Positions 1 to 8,448 of a DNA stretch of 64,000 bases are shown here, piece after piece. The translations under genes were made by a program, and so were the position numbers. Origin of the DNA: an uncultured Chloroflexia bacterium (GTDB lineage: Bacteria > Chloroflexota > Limnocylindria > Limnocylindrales > CSP1-4); the NCBI GenBank assembly GCA_963813335.1, contig CAWEYL010000003.1, positions 96,001 through 160,000 on the forward strand, given 5' to 3'. The notes beneath the pieces are model-generated. The model had not been told where the DNA came from. It searched no databases and saw only the letters and a list, made by a program, of their open reading frames with translations. The number at the start of each line of letters is the position of its first letter. Position 1 is the stretch's first letter.

Positions 1-354
1 TCCGTGACGGTCACGGCCGTCCTGCGGATCGCCGAGAGCGACGCCTACGGCCAGCTTTCCCTCGACCCGCTCACGGGCCGGACCGTCAACCTCCAGCGGC
101 GGGTCACCGGCACGACCGCCTGGGTCGCGGCCGGGACCATGTCGGCGGGTCCCGCGTCGGGCACGTACGTGTCGACCGCACGCCTCGTGACGGGCTCCGA
201 GTTCCGCGCGGTCTTCGCCGCCCCCGCCGACGAAGGCCTCAAGGGGGCCACGTCGGCCACGTTCCGGGTCGTGGTCGGCGGATGCGCCGGGTCGACCTGC
301 CCACTGGCACCGCCGGCCGCCGTCGACCCGGCCGGTGAAGGGAGCGCGTCGTGA
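1..354 (+). CDS. C-terminal part of a probable secreted/surface protein (Ig-like beta-rich tail); 5' end lies outside the window
   Basis: Open frame from the window edge to TGA at 352-354 with GC3-rich codons; Thr/Gly/Val-rich beta-type sequence; GTGA overlap with the next gene. Confidence 0.6.
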   Translation, partial: SVTVTAVLRIAESDAYGQLSLDPLTGRTVNLQRRVTGTTAWVAAGTMSAGPASGTYVSTARLVTGSEFRAVFAAPADEGLKGATSATFRVVVGGCAGSTCPLAPPAAVDPAGEGSAS

Positions 355-963
355 CGTTCGCCATCCTGCGCCGCACCGTCCACCATCGCGGGCTCGCCCT
401 CGCGGCGGCCCTCGTCGTACCCGTCGTGGCCGCGTCGTGCTCCCTCGCTCCGCCCGGCTCGCCCGGCGGCCGGGTCGAGGCGAGCGGCGTCCCGGCTGGG
501 ACGTCGACCCCGGTCGCGTCGCCACCGACCGCCCGACCGAGCCAGGCGACCCCGCGCACCGTCCACGCCGACGCCCGGACCGACGGCGACCTTGCCCGGG
601 GAGGGGCCGCCGACGGCCTCGCTCGCGGCCGAGGGCGGCGACCCGGTCGTCGGGCAGCTCGGGACGTTCACCTGGGGCGACGGCGGATCCGACAGCCCGT
701 GGCTTCCCGGCGCGCCCGTGGCCGTCGGTTCGCGCGAGCCGCTCACGGTCACGCTGGCCGACGGCCCGCCGGTGTCGGGCTGGACGGCGCGCCGGGTACG
801 TGCCGGGGCCACCAGCCCGGCCGGGGCGGTCGCGGTCGGGAGCGGATCCGGACCGATCGCGTTCGATGCTCCGGCGACCGGCTCATGGACCGTCGAGGTC
901 GCGGTGACCTTCGCCGACGGGCTGGGATCGGCGGCCTACTTCTGGCGGCTCGACATCCGGTGA
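351..963 (+). CDS. Putative lipoprotein (Pro/Thr linker plus beta-sandwich domain), interrupted by one +1 frameshift near 550-560
   Basis: Signal peptide with lipobox VAASC in the 351 frame; protein-like sequence continues as PSTPTPGPTATLPGEGPP...FWRLDIR in the 592..963 frame. Confidence 0.6.
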
Positions 964-984
964 CAGTGGCACACTGCGTGGGCG

Positions 985-1935
985 ATGGCCGCACCACCGA
1001 GGATCCGCCGACGGCTCCCGCCGCTCGTCGCCGTGGCGATCGCGGCGGCCCTCGCCATGTCGGCCTGCGCGTCGCCGTCGGTCACGTCGGGGCCGCCGTC
1101 GCTCGACGGCCTGCTCCTGCTCACGGGCGACCTGCGCGCCACGACGACGCTCGAGACGTGCGTGGGCACGCCGTGCCGGATGGAGGCCGTCGAGTCGCCG
1201 GACGGCACGACCTGGATCGCCTCCGGCGACGGCGGATCGCTGGCCGCGACGCTCGTGGACGCGACCCTGCGGACCAGCGACCCGCTCCATCCTGGCGGCC
1301 ATCAGACCTGGCACACGCTCGACCTCGTCGATGCCGAGGGGGCCGCGGTCGAGGGCCCGTTCATGTTCCCGGGGTGGGACCCGGGCGGCTTCCGGTTCGC
1401 GGCCCTGGCGGGCCAGCTCGACACGGCCCCGCGGCTGGTCATCGTCGACCCGGAGACCGGGATCGCGGCCGACGACGCCCTCGACGCCCCGGTCGTGCCG
1501 GCCCCGCCGGCCTGGCTCGGCGATGACCGGATCGCCGTGGTCACGGGCACGGACGAGGCGCTCACGACGGCGATCGTCGCGACCGCGACCGGCGACGCGG
1601 TCCCGGGGCCGGACGGGGCCCGGCTGTTGGCCACCTCGGCGGACGCCCGCACGATCGCGGTCGCCCGGCCCGGACGCGAGCCGGTGACGGTGCGCGTGAC
1701 ATCCGACTGGCTCGCGGGTGGCGGTCCGACGCTGGCCTCCATCGACCCGCCCGACAAGGCGGTCGCGGTGACGGCGCTCGCGCTCGATGCCGACGGCTCG
1801 CGCCTGGCGGTGGCGTGGCTGACCGAGGGCGGGACGGTCCGCGTGCTGGCCTACACCCGCGCCGACCGCTGGCGGGCGGTCGACGTCACGGGCGCGCGGA
1901 ACCCGCCGGCTGCCGTGGTGGCGTGGTCGCGCTGA
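985..1935 (+). CDS. Putative lipoprotein, beta-propeller (TolB/WD40-like)
   Basis: Arg-rich n-region, hydrophobic h-region, lipobox MSAC; propeller-type segments (WDPGGFRFAAL, LALDADGSRLAVAW). Confidence 0.65.
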   Translation: MAAPPRIRRRLPPLVAVAIAAALAMSACASPSVTSGPPSLDGLLLLTGDLRATTTLETCVGTPCRMEAVESPDGTTWIASGDGGSLAATLVDATLRTSDPLHPGGHQTWHTLDLVDAEGAAVEGPFMFPGWDPGGFRFAALAGQLDTAPRLVIVDPETGIAADDALDAPVVPAPPAWLGDDRIAVVTGTDEALTTAIVATATGDAVPGPDGARLLATSADARTIAVARPGREPVTVRVTSDWLAGGGPTLASIDPPDKAVAVTALALDADGSRLAVAWLTEGGTVRVLAYTRADRWRAVDVTGARNPPAAVVAWSR

Positions 1936-1968
1936 TCCAGGGCGCGGGCCCGCCCGGGCCCGCCGGGC

Positions 1969-2247
1969 TCAGGCGGTGGCGACGGCCTCGGTCGCGGACA
2001 GGATCGAGACCTGGGCGTCCTCGGGCAGCATGACCCCGAAGACCTTCTGGAGCGTGAGGAGGTGGACGCACGAACCCCAGCTCTCGAAGTAGTGGCAGGT
2101 GCATCGCCACTGACCGGCATCGAGACCGACGTGATGGGTGTCGTTGTCGCCACGGAACGTGAGTGAGAGCCGATCGATGGTGATCCGGTCAAGCTCTCGC
2201 GCGTAGCGATTCGCCTTCTCGATCTTGCCGATCAGGGAGCTGTGCAT
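1969..2247 (-). CDS. Small SWIM-type zinc-finger protein
   Basis: WRCTC...CVH (CxC-Xn-CxH) motif; GGAGGT RBS upstream of ATG. Confidence 0.75.
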   Translation of the reverse strand: MHSSLIGKIEKANRYARELDRITIDRLSLTFRGDNDTHHVGLDAGQWRCTCHYFESWGSCVHLLTLQKVFGVMLPEDAQVSILSATEAVATA

Positions 2248-2387
2248 CGCTCGACTACCTCCGTCGCCCGCGGGGGCGCTCCCGAGGCCGCCGTCCGGTC
2301 ATGCACCTCGACCGGTGATGGCGGTCGCGTTGTCCGAAGGGTACACCCGCACCATCGGCCGGTCACCCCGGAATCGTACCGGTCGGG

Positions 2388-2771
2388 TCAGGGGGCGTTG
2401 GTCCCCTCGCGGCCGAAATCGTCCTCGAGGCGCACGACGTCGTCGAGCTCGGGGGTCGACACCTCGACGAGCTCGCAGCGCTCGATCGATTCGTAGCGAT
2501 GGATCCGGCCGGTGCGCACGCGGCGCGACGCGCCGGGGCCGAGCTCCTCGGTCCGGACCGTCCCGTCGTCGTCCTCGAGGAAGAGCCGGAGACGGCCGGA
2601 CAGCACCAGGATCGCCTCGTCCTTGACCTCGTGGCGCTGGAGCGACAGCCGCTTCCCGGTCTCGATCACGAGGATCTTGCCGACGTACCGGTCGGTCTCG
2701 GCCCAGATGCGCTCGTGGCCCCAGGGCTTGTCGACGCGCCGACCGCCGACGTCGCCGGCGCCGTCGGTCAT
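2388..2771 (-). CDS. Stand-alone cupin, mannose-6-phosphate isomerase type II C-terminal-like
   Basis: VDKPWGHE, LSLQRHEVKDE, IHR, ELVEVSTPELDDVVRLEDDFGR motifs; ATG at 2771 overlaps the stop of the upstream mutase (ATGA). Confidence 0.85.
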   Translation of the reverse strand: MTDGAGDVGGRRVDKPWGHERIWAETDRYVGKILVIETGKRLSLQRHEVKDEAILVLSGRLRLFLEDDDGTVRTEELGPGASRRVRTGRIHRYESIERCELVEVSTPELDDVVRLEDDFGREGTNAP

Positions 2772-4246
2772 CCGCGGACCAGCTTCTCGCCGGCGACCAG
2801 CATCGCCGCGCGCGTGTCGGCCGAGGTGGCCTCGACGTAGACGCGCACGAGCGGCTCCGTCCCGGAGGTCCGCACGAGCAGCCACGAGCCGTCGGCGACG
2901 TAGAACTTGAAGCCGTCGTTCGTGTCGAGCGGGATCGTCCGGGTCACGGCCTGGCCGGCCAGCTCGGCCGGGGCCTGCTCGCGCAGGTCGACGAGCAGCC
3001 GGCGCTTGGTCTCGGCGTACAGGTTGCGCGCGATGTGGACGTCGACGCGCTGGTAGAACGACGCGCCGGCGATCTCGTGGAAGTGCTCGATGGCCTTCGA
3101 GACGGGCCAGCGCCCGGCGGCCTTCTCGCGCAGGAACAGGTCGAGCAGCATCAGGTCGGCGTAGATGCCGTCCCGCTCGGGCAGGTGCATCCCGAACCCG
3201 AAGCCGCCGGACTCCTCGGCCCCCATCATCGCCCCGGTCTCGATCATCTTGGGGCCGATGAACTTGAAGCCGACGGCCGTCTCGTAGACCTTGATCCCGT
3301 AGTGCTCCCCGAGGCGCCCGGCCATCGAGGTGTTGTTCACGCTGATGACCACCGGGTCGCGCAGGCCGCGGTGCTCGGCGAGGTAGTACATCAGCAGGCC
3401 CGTGACCTGGAGCTGGTGGATGAACGTGCCGCGCTCGTCGGCCGCGCCGGCGCGGTCGGCGTCGCCGTCGAGGAGCAGGCCGAGATCGAAGCCGCCGCCG
3501 GCCAGCATCCCGAGCGCCTCGTCGACGTTGGGCCGGATCGGCTCGGGGTTGACGCCGCCGAAGTACGGGTTGCGCTCCTGGTGGATCTCGGTCACGCGGA
3601 TCTTCCCGCCGCCGAGCAGACGGCTGATCCAGCCCGCGCCGGCGCCCCACATCGGGTCGACCAGGACGTGGACGTCGGCGGCCTTCAGGGCATCGATGTC
3701 GATGGTCGTCCGGGCGAACCGCTCATAGCCCTCGAACGGGTCGTAGTAGTCCACGAGACCGGCCGCCTCGGCGTCGGCGAGCGGCCGCCGGTCGACGGCA
3801 TGCCCGCCGTTCTCGGCGAGGCGCTCCTCGATCGCCTTGAGGATCTCCGGGCCGGCGGCGGAGCCGGTCGGCGCCTTGACCTTGAAGCCGTTGTCGATCC
3901 ATGGGTTGTGGCTGGCGGTGATGACGATGCCGGCCGCCGAGCCGCGCTGGACGACCTCGTACGAGCTCATCTGGGTCGGGACGGCGTGCTGCGCCAGCGC
4001 CACCGGGATGCCGTGGGCGAGCACGACCTCGGCGGCCGCGGCGGCGAAGTGCTCGGAGGCGAACCGCCGGTCGAAGGCGATCACCACGCCCTTCGCCTGC
4101 TCGCCGCGGCTCTCCACGTAGTGGGCGACGCCGTCGGCGCAGCGGCGCACGTTCTCGAACGTGTAGTCGTCGGCGATCCGCGCCCGCCAGCCGTCGGTGC
4201 CGAAGACGATCGTCGTCGGGGACGGCGCCTCCGTCGTGCTCGTCAC
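2768..4246 (-). CDS. manB: Phosphomannomutase/phosphoglucomutase (alpha-D-phosphohexomutase)
   Basis: FGTDGWR, catalytic TASHNP, metal-binding DGDADR, GAEESGG, RTSGTEP. Confidence 0.92.
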   Translation of the reverse strand: MTSTTEAPSPTTIVFGTDGWRARIADDYTFENVRRCADGVAHYVESRGEQAKGVVIAFDRRFASEHFAAAAAEVVLAHGIPVALAQHAVPTQMSSYEVVQRGSAAGIVITASHNPWIDNGFKVKAPTGSAAGPEILKAIEERLAENGGHAVDRRPLADAEAAGLVDYYDPFEGYERFARTTIDIDALKAADVHVLVDPMWGAGAGWISRLLGGGKIRVTEIHQERNPYFGGVNPEPIRPNVDEALGMLAGGGFDLGLLLDGDADRAGAADERGTFIHQLQVTGLLMYYLAEHRGLRDPVVISVNNTSMAGRLGEHYGIKVYETAVGFKFIGPKMIETGAMMGAEESGGFGFGMHLPERDGIYADLMLLDLFLREKAAGRWPVSKAIEHFHEIAGASFYQRVDVHIARNLYAETKRRLLVDLREQAPAELAGQAVTRTIPLDTNDGFKFYVADGSWLLVRTSGTEPLVRVYVEATSADTRAAMLVAGEKLVRG

Positions 4247-4247
4247 G

Positions 4248-5306
4248 TCAGCCTCCCGGTTCGGCGCAGCGATCGATCAGCTCGCGGACCCGCTCGATGT
4301 CGGGGAGGGTCCCGCGCAGGACGGCGATGGGCTGCGTGGCGGTCATGCTACCGCGCCCGAGCGGGGCGATGACCCCCAGGCGGCCGTCCACTCGCCGCAC
4401 GACGAGGTCCTCGTCGCCGACCTCGACGGTCTCACCCGGCTTCACGACCGCGCCCTCTCCCCGCGAGCCGAGGGCCGTGAGGAGCGCCGTCCACGAGCCC
4501 AGGTCGGACCAGCCGACATCCATGGCACCCATGACGACCCGCCCGTCACGGGCGGCGCCTTCCATCACCGCGTAGTCGATCGAGAGCGCCTTGCGGATCG
4601 ATTCGTAGGCGCGCTCGAGCATCGAGGGCGAGCCGACCATCGGTCCCAGCGTCTGGACGAGCCCGGTGTAGCGCTCCAGTGCCGAGCGGATCGCCCGGCG
4701 CCGCCACAGGAACATGCCCGCGTTCCAGGCGACGCCGTCCTCGCGCCCGAGCTGCTCCGCCCGGGCCGGGGTGGGCTTCTCCTCGAACGCCCGCAGCGGG
4801 TACGCCCGCAGGGCGCCGTGCGCCTCGCTGCGAGCGGCGTCGGGCAGGAGGTAGCCGTACTCCGTCGCGGGCCGGTCGACGCGCACGCCGAGCGTCACGA
4901 GCGGATCGTCGATGCCGAAGATCCCGGTCGCCAGGTCGTCGGCGGCCGTCCGCAGTACGTCGCGGAAGGCGTCGTCGCGGTCGATCGTCTGGTCCGCGGG
5001 GAGCACGACCATGACCTCGTCGTCGGGCCGCTCGATGGCCAGGGTCGCGAGGGCGATGGCCGCCGCCGTGTTCCGGCCGAGCGGCTCCAGCAGGAGCTGG
5101 ACACCGGGCAGCTGCTCGCGGACGAGGTGCTCGTAGCGCCGGTCGGTCACGACCGTGATGTCGTCGGTCAGCGGACGGATGCGGTCGCCCGTGGCCTCGA
5201 GCAGCGACCGCTCCCCGAGGAGGGGCAGGAACGGCTTCGGTCGCTCGGGACGGCTGAGCGGGTGGAGCCGGGTCCCGCCTCCGCCGGCCATGATGACGGC
5301 ATACAT
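4248..5306 (-). CDS. manC: Mannose-1-phosphate guanylyltransferase
   Basis: IMAGGGGTRLHPLSR...PKPFL, EPLGRNTAAA, FEEKP, WNAGMF, SIDYAVME, WSDLGSW. Confidence 0.92.
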   Translation of the reverse strand: MYAVIMAGGGGTRLHPLSRPERPKPFLPLLGERSLLEATGDRIRPLTDDITVVTDRRYEHLVREQLPGVQLLLEPLGRNTAAAIALATLAIERPDDEVMVVLPADQTIDRDDAFRDVLRTAADDLATGIFGIDDPLVTLGVRVDRPATEYGYLLPDAARSEAHGALRAYPLRAFEEKPTPARAEQLGREDGVAWNAGMFLWRRRAIRSALERYTGLVQTLGPMVGSPSMLERAYESIRKALSIDYAVMEGAARDGRVVMGAMDVGWSDLGSWTALLTALGSRGEGAVVKPGETVEVGDEDLVVRRVDGRLGVIAPLGRGSMTATQPIAVLRGTLPDIERVRELIDRCAEPGG

Positions 5307-5326
5307 GCGCCGCCATCATAGGGACG

Positions 5327-6256
5327 TCAGTCGGCCACGATCACGTAGCGGCCTTCCCAGACGACGTGGTGCTGCCACTCGTGGTAGGCGGTGTAGACCC
5401 TCGCGAAGCTCGCGAGGTTGTAGTACTTGTACGGATACGGGTCGCTCGACCCGGGCCCAAGCGGACCGAAGACGTAGACCCCGAGGATCGTCCGCTTGGT
5501 CGGGTCGTCCACCTGGACCCTGGCCTTGTAGCCGAGGACGACCCAGGCGTGGGTCCCGCGCTTGATGGTGACCCCGACCGGGTGGTGGGTGCGGTCGATC
5601 GCCTCGACCATCGCGTTGATCGCCCACGCCCGCGACGTGAAGGACTTGGCCTTGTAGGGCTGCCCGGTCCAGTGGCGGAGCGCCCAGGCCCAGCCGGCGA
5701 TGTCGTTCCCGGCCGTGGCGTAGGTGTAGCGGTTGTTCATCCGGATCTGGCGGTACAGCAGGTACTGTCGCGAGTAGGTCCGGATCTTCTGGCGCAGGAT
5801 GATGTTCATCATCGTCTGCGTGGCCGCAGGCACGCACCACGTGTTCCGGTACTGGCGCACGGCCGCGGCGGAGCGGTAGAGCACGACCGATGTCAGGGTG
5901 GTCCCGGGCGGCGTCGGGGCGGGGGTCGGGGTCGGGCCGGGGGTCGGGGTCGCGGTCGGCTCGGGGGTGGGCGTGGGCGTCGGCTCGGGGGTCGGGGTCG
6001 GGGTCGCGGTCGGCTCCGGGGTCGGGGTGGGCGTGGGCGTGGGGTTCGCGTCCGCGGCCGGCGGGTCGGTCGGCAGGTCGGCGGCCACGTCGATCACGAC
6101 CGTCGGCGTCGGTGTCGGGGTAGGCGTCGGGGACGCCCCGTCGTCGGCGAAGGCCGGCAGCGGCACCACGATCAGGGCGGCGGCGGCCAGGGCCACCGCA
6201 CGGAGGCCGGTGGCCAGGCGCAAGCGCTTGGCGATGGACGCTGGGACGTTGGGCAT
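5327..6256 (-). CDS. Secreted protein with a Pro/Thr linker and a C-terminal papain-like (C39-like) cysteine peptidase domain
   Basis: Signal peptide ending AFA|DD, long (PT)n tract, [17 protein letters not shown] (Q...C) and HAWVVLGY (His). Confidence 0.65.
   Translation of the reverse strand: MPNVPASIAKRLRLATGLRAVALAAAALIVVPLPAFADDGASPTPTPTPTPTVVIDVAADLPTDPPAADANPTPTPTPTPEPTATPTPTPEPTPTPTPEPTATPTPGPTPTPAPTPPGTTLTSVVLYRSAAAVRQYRNTWCVPAATQTMMNIILRQKIRTYSRQYLLYRQIRMNNRYTYATAGNDIAGWAWALRHWTGQPYKAKSFTSRAWAINAMVEAIDRTHHPVGVTIKRGTHAWVVLGYKARVQVDDPTKRTILGVYVFGPLGPGSSDPYPYKYYNLASFARVYTAYHEWQHHVVWEGRYVIVAD
5911..6135 (-). repeat. Coding low-complexity repeat (Pro-Thr, PTPTPEPTA units)
   Basis: Imperfect tandem GGGGTC/GGGCGT hexamers encoding PTPTP. 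Confidence 0.85.
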
Positions 6257-6414
6257 GATCGATCCCGGTGAGCAGGACCGCGTCGAGCGGCGAAGACCAA
6301 GTCTGACCGCCTGCGGAGACGGTGTGACCGGGCCGATGGTCCGCGACCCGACGCGTCGGATGGTCCGGTGCGTCGGCGCACAACCCTAGCAGCCGCGTCG
6401 CGGCCGGGAAGGCC

Positions 6415-6969
6415 TCAGAAGCTCGGTGGCGTCAGGCAGAACAGGACCGTCGCCGGCGTGTCGCCGCGGTTCATGTTCCAGTGCGGCAGGCGCGACGGGA
6501 ACGTGATCGCATCGCCCTCGCGCAGGACGTAGTGCTCGTCGCCGACCCACAGGTCGAGGACGCCGGCCAGCACGACCACGACCTCCTCGTCCGAATCGTG
6601 CGTGTAGGCCTCCTCGCCGGTCCCGCCGCCCGGCTCGATCGTGGACAGGATCACCTGGAGCCGGCCGGCCATGTCGGACGTGAGGAACTCGTCCACCGAG
6701 CGCAGCCCCGGGTAGGCCACCCGTCGGCGCGCCTCCCGCCGGACGACGCGGCCGCTGACCTGCTCCGCGGCGAAGAGCTGGGCGATCGAGAGGTCCAGCG
6801 CCCGCGCGATGCGGCCGACGGTCGCGATCGACGGGCTGGCGACGTCCCGCTCGACCTGCGAGAGGAAGCTCTCGGTGACGCCCGACCGGGCCGCGACGTC
6901 TCGCAGGGTGAGCCGCCGCGCCTGGCGCAGCGCGCGGATCCGCGGGCCCAACTGGAGCTCGGTCGCCAT
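6415..6969 (-). CDS. XRE-family HTH plus cupin transcriptional regulator (PuuR/PauR-like)
   Basis: LGPRIRALRQARRLTLRDVAARSGVTESFLSQVERD HTH; cupin HDSDEE...GDAITFPSRLPH; divergent from polyamine ABC genes; GGAGG RBS. Confidence 0.88.
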   Translation of the reverse strand: MATELQLGPRIRALRQARRLTLRDVAARSGVTESFLSQVERDVASPSIATVGRIARALDLSIAQLFAAEQVSGRVVRREARRRVAYPGLRSVDEFLTSDMAGRLQVILSTIEPGGGTGEEAYTHDSDEEVVVVLAGVLDLWVGDEHYVLREGDAITFPSRLPHWNMNRGDTPATVLFCLTPPSF

Positions 6970-6983
6970 CGGCCTCCCCGGTG

Positions 6984-7025
6984 TGAACGCCATCCACGTT
7001 CAGAGGCCTGAAGTATAGGTTCAGG
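6984..7025. promoter_or_regulatory. Inverted repeats (TGAACG-N7-CGTTCA; CCTGAA-N7-TTCAGG) overlapping a minus-strand TATACT -10 element; candidate operator
   Basis: Two adjacent palindromes at 6984-7002 and 7007-7025 in the divergent intergenic region. Confidence 0.55.
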
Positions 7026-7220
7026 TCGACACCGTCTGACGGTGGCCGCGCGGCCGAGCGACGCGAGATTCGCACGTCCAGCGCGTTGACGCCGAGGGGA
7101 GTCGCCCGTACCATCGCCCAACCTGTAGCGAGGCTACAGGGACGCCGCTCAGCGCCGATCGTCCGCCCCCGAGGACACCCGTTGACCGCATCCCTGACAC
7201 CCGACACCGGCTCTGCTCCG

Positions 7221-8366
7221 ATGCCCGCCCCGGCCGCGCCGGCCGACCGCCGGGCTGCAGGCAGCCCGGACGTGGAGATCATCGACGTCACGAAGCGGTT
7301 CGGCGCCGTCACCGCAGTCGACCACATGCACCTGCGCATCGAGCGCGGCGAGTTCTACAGCCTCCTCGGGCCGTCCGGCTGCGGCAAGACCACGACCCTC
7401 CGGATGATCGCCGGCTTCGAGCAGCCGACCGAGGGCGAGATCCTGCTGGCCGGCCAGCCGATCGCCGGCGTCCCGCCGTACAGGCGCAACGTCAACACGG
7501 TCTTCCAGCACTACGCGCTGTTCCCGCACATGGACGTGGCCCGCAACGTCGGCTACGGCCTGCGCCAGACGAAGGTCGGCAAGGCCGAGGAGGCGCGCCG
7601 CGTCAGCGAGACGCTGGCGATGGTCCGCCTCGTGGGCTATGAGCGGCGGCGGACCTGGGAGATGTCGGGCGGCCAGCAGCAGCGTGTCGCGCTCGCCCGC
7701 GCCCTGGTCAACCACCCCACCGTGCTCCTCCTCGACGAGCCGCTCGGGGCGCTCGACCTCAAGCTGCGCAAGGAGATGCAGCTCGAGCTCAAGGCGCTCC
7801 AGCGCGAGGTCGGGATCACCTTCGTGTACGTGACCCACGACCAGGAGGAGGCGCTCACGATGAGCGACGTCATCGTGGTCATGCGCGACGGGTTGATCCA
7901 GCAGATGGGCTCGCCGCAGGTCCTCTACGAGCGGCCGGTCAATCGCTTCGTGGCCGGCTTCATCGGCAACTCCAATTTCGTCGAGGCGACCCTGCGGTCG
8001 CACGACCCCGCCACCGGCGGGGCAGCCATCGAGATCGCCGACGGCCGACGCCTCGGCGGCCACGTCACCGACGACAGCGCGCGGCCGGTCACCAATTCGG
8101 CCGTGACCATCGCGATCCGGCCCGAGCGCCTCGTCATCCGCGAGGGTGGCCAGAGGGACGGCCCGGGCTGGACGAGGATCCCAGGACGCGTGGTCCAGGG
8201 CACCTACCTGGGGGACCAGACGGAGTATCGGGTGGCCACCGACGCCCTCGGCGAGGTGGTCGTCCGTCGGCCCGTGACGACCGGCCAGGAGGCCCGGACG
8301 TACGGACCCGGCGAAGGAGTGGACATCGCCTGGCACGAGGATGCCGTCCTCGTGCTGGTCGGCTAG
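7221..8366 (+). CDS. potA: Spermidine/putrescine ABC transporter ATP-binding protein
   Basis: Walker A GPSGCGKTT, RNVNTVFQHYALFPHM, MSGGQQQR, LLLDEPLGALDLKLR, C-terminal TOBE; start could be TTG at 7182. Confidence 0.9.
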   Translation: MPAPAAPADRRAAGSPDVEIIDVTKRFGAVTAVDHMHLRIERGEFYSLLGPSGCGKTTTLRMIAGFEQPTEGEILLAGQPIAGVPPYRRNVNTVFQHYALFPHMDVARNVGYGLRQTKVGKAEEARRVSETLAMVRLVGYERRRTWEMSGGQQQRVALARALVNHPTVLLLDEPLGALDLKLRKEMQLELKALQREVGITFVYVTHDQEEALTMSDVIVVMRDGLIQQMGSPQVLYERPVNRFVAGFIGNSNFVEATLRSHDPATGGAAIEIADGRRLGGHVTDDSARPVTNSAVTIAIRPERLVIREGGQRDGPGWTRIPGRVVQGTYLGDQTEYRVATDALGEVVVRRPVTTGQEARTYGPGEGVDIAWHEDAVLVLVG

Positions 8367-8448
8367 CGAGCGATCGATAGCGACACGGGACAGGACGACG
8401 GACGGACCCAGCACCGCCGGCGCGGCCGGCACGCGGAGGAGGATGACG

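Noticed and set aside
2248-2387. Hairpin-rich leader of the SWIM gene (CCGCC..CCGGTC/GACCGG..GGCGG) as a riboswitch
   Set aside because: No match to an RNA family I recognise; such stems are expected by chance at this GC content; needs covariance analysis
5911-6135. Tandem short repeats that might be a CRISPR array or VNTR
   Set aside because: In-frame Pro-Thr linker codons; no unique spacers and no cas genes
6257-6414. Possible c-di-AMP (ydaO) riboswitch ahead of the secreted peptidase-like gene
   Set aside because: Lacks the conserved GCTGAA/GGGGTGAAT/GTCAGCTAA segments; only a short CGGACCATC direct repeat is present
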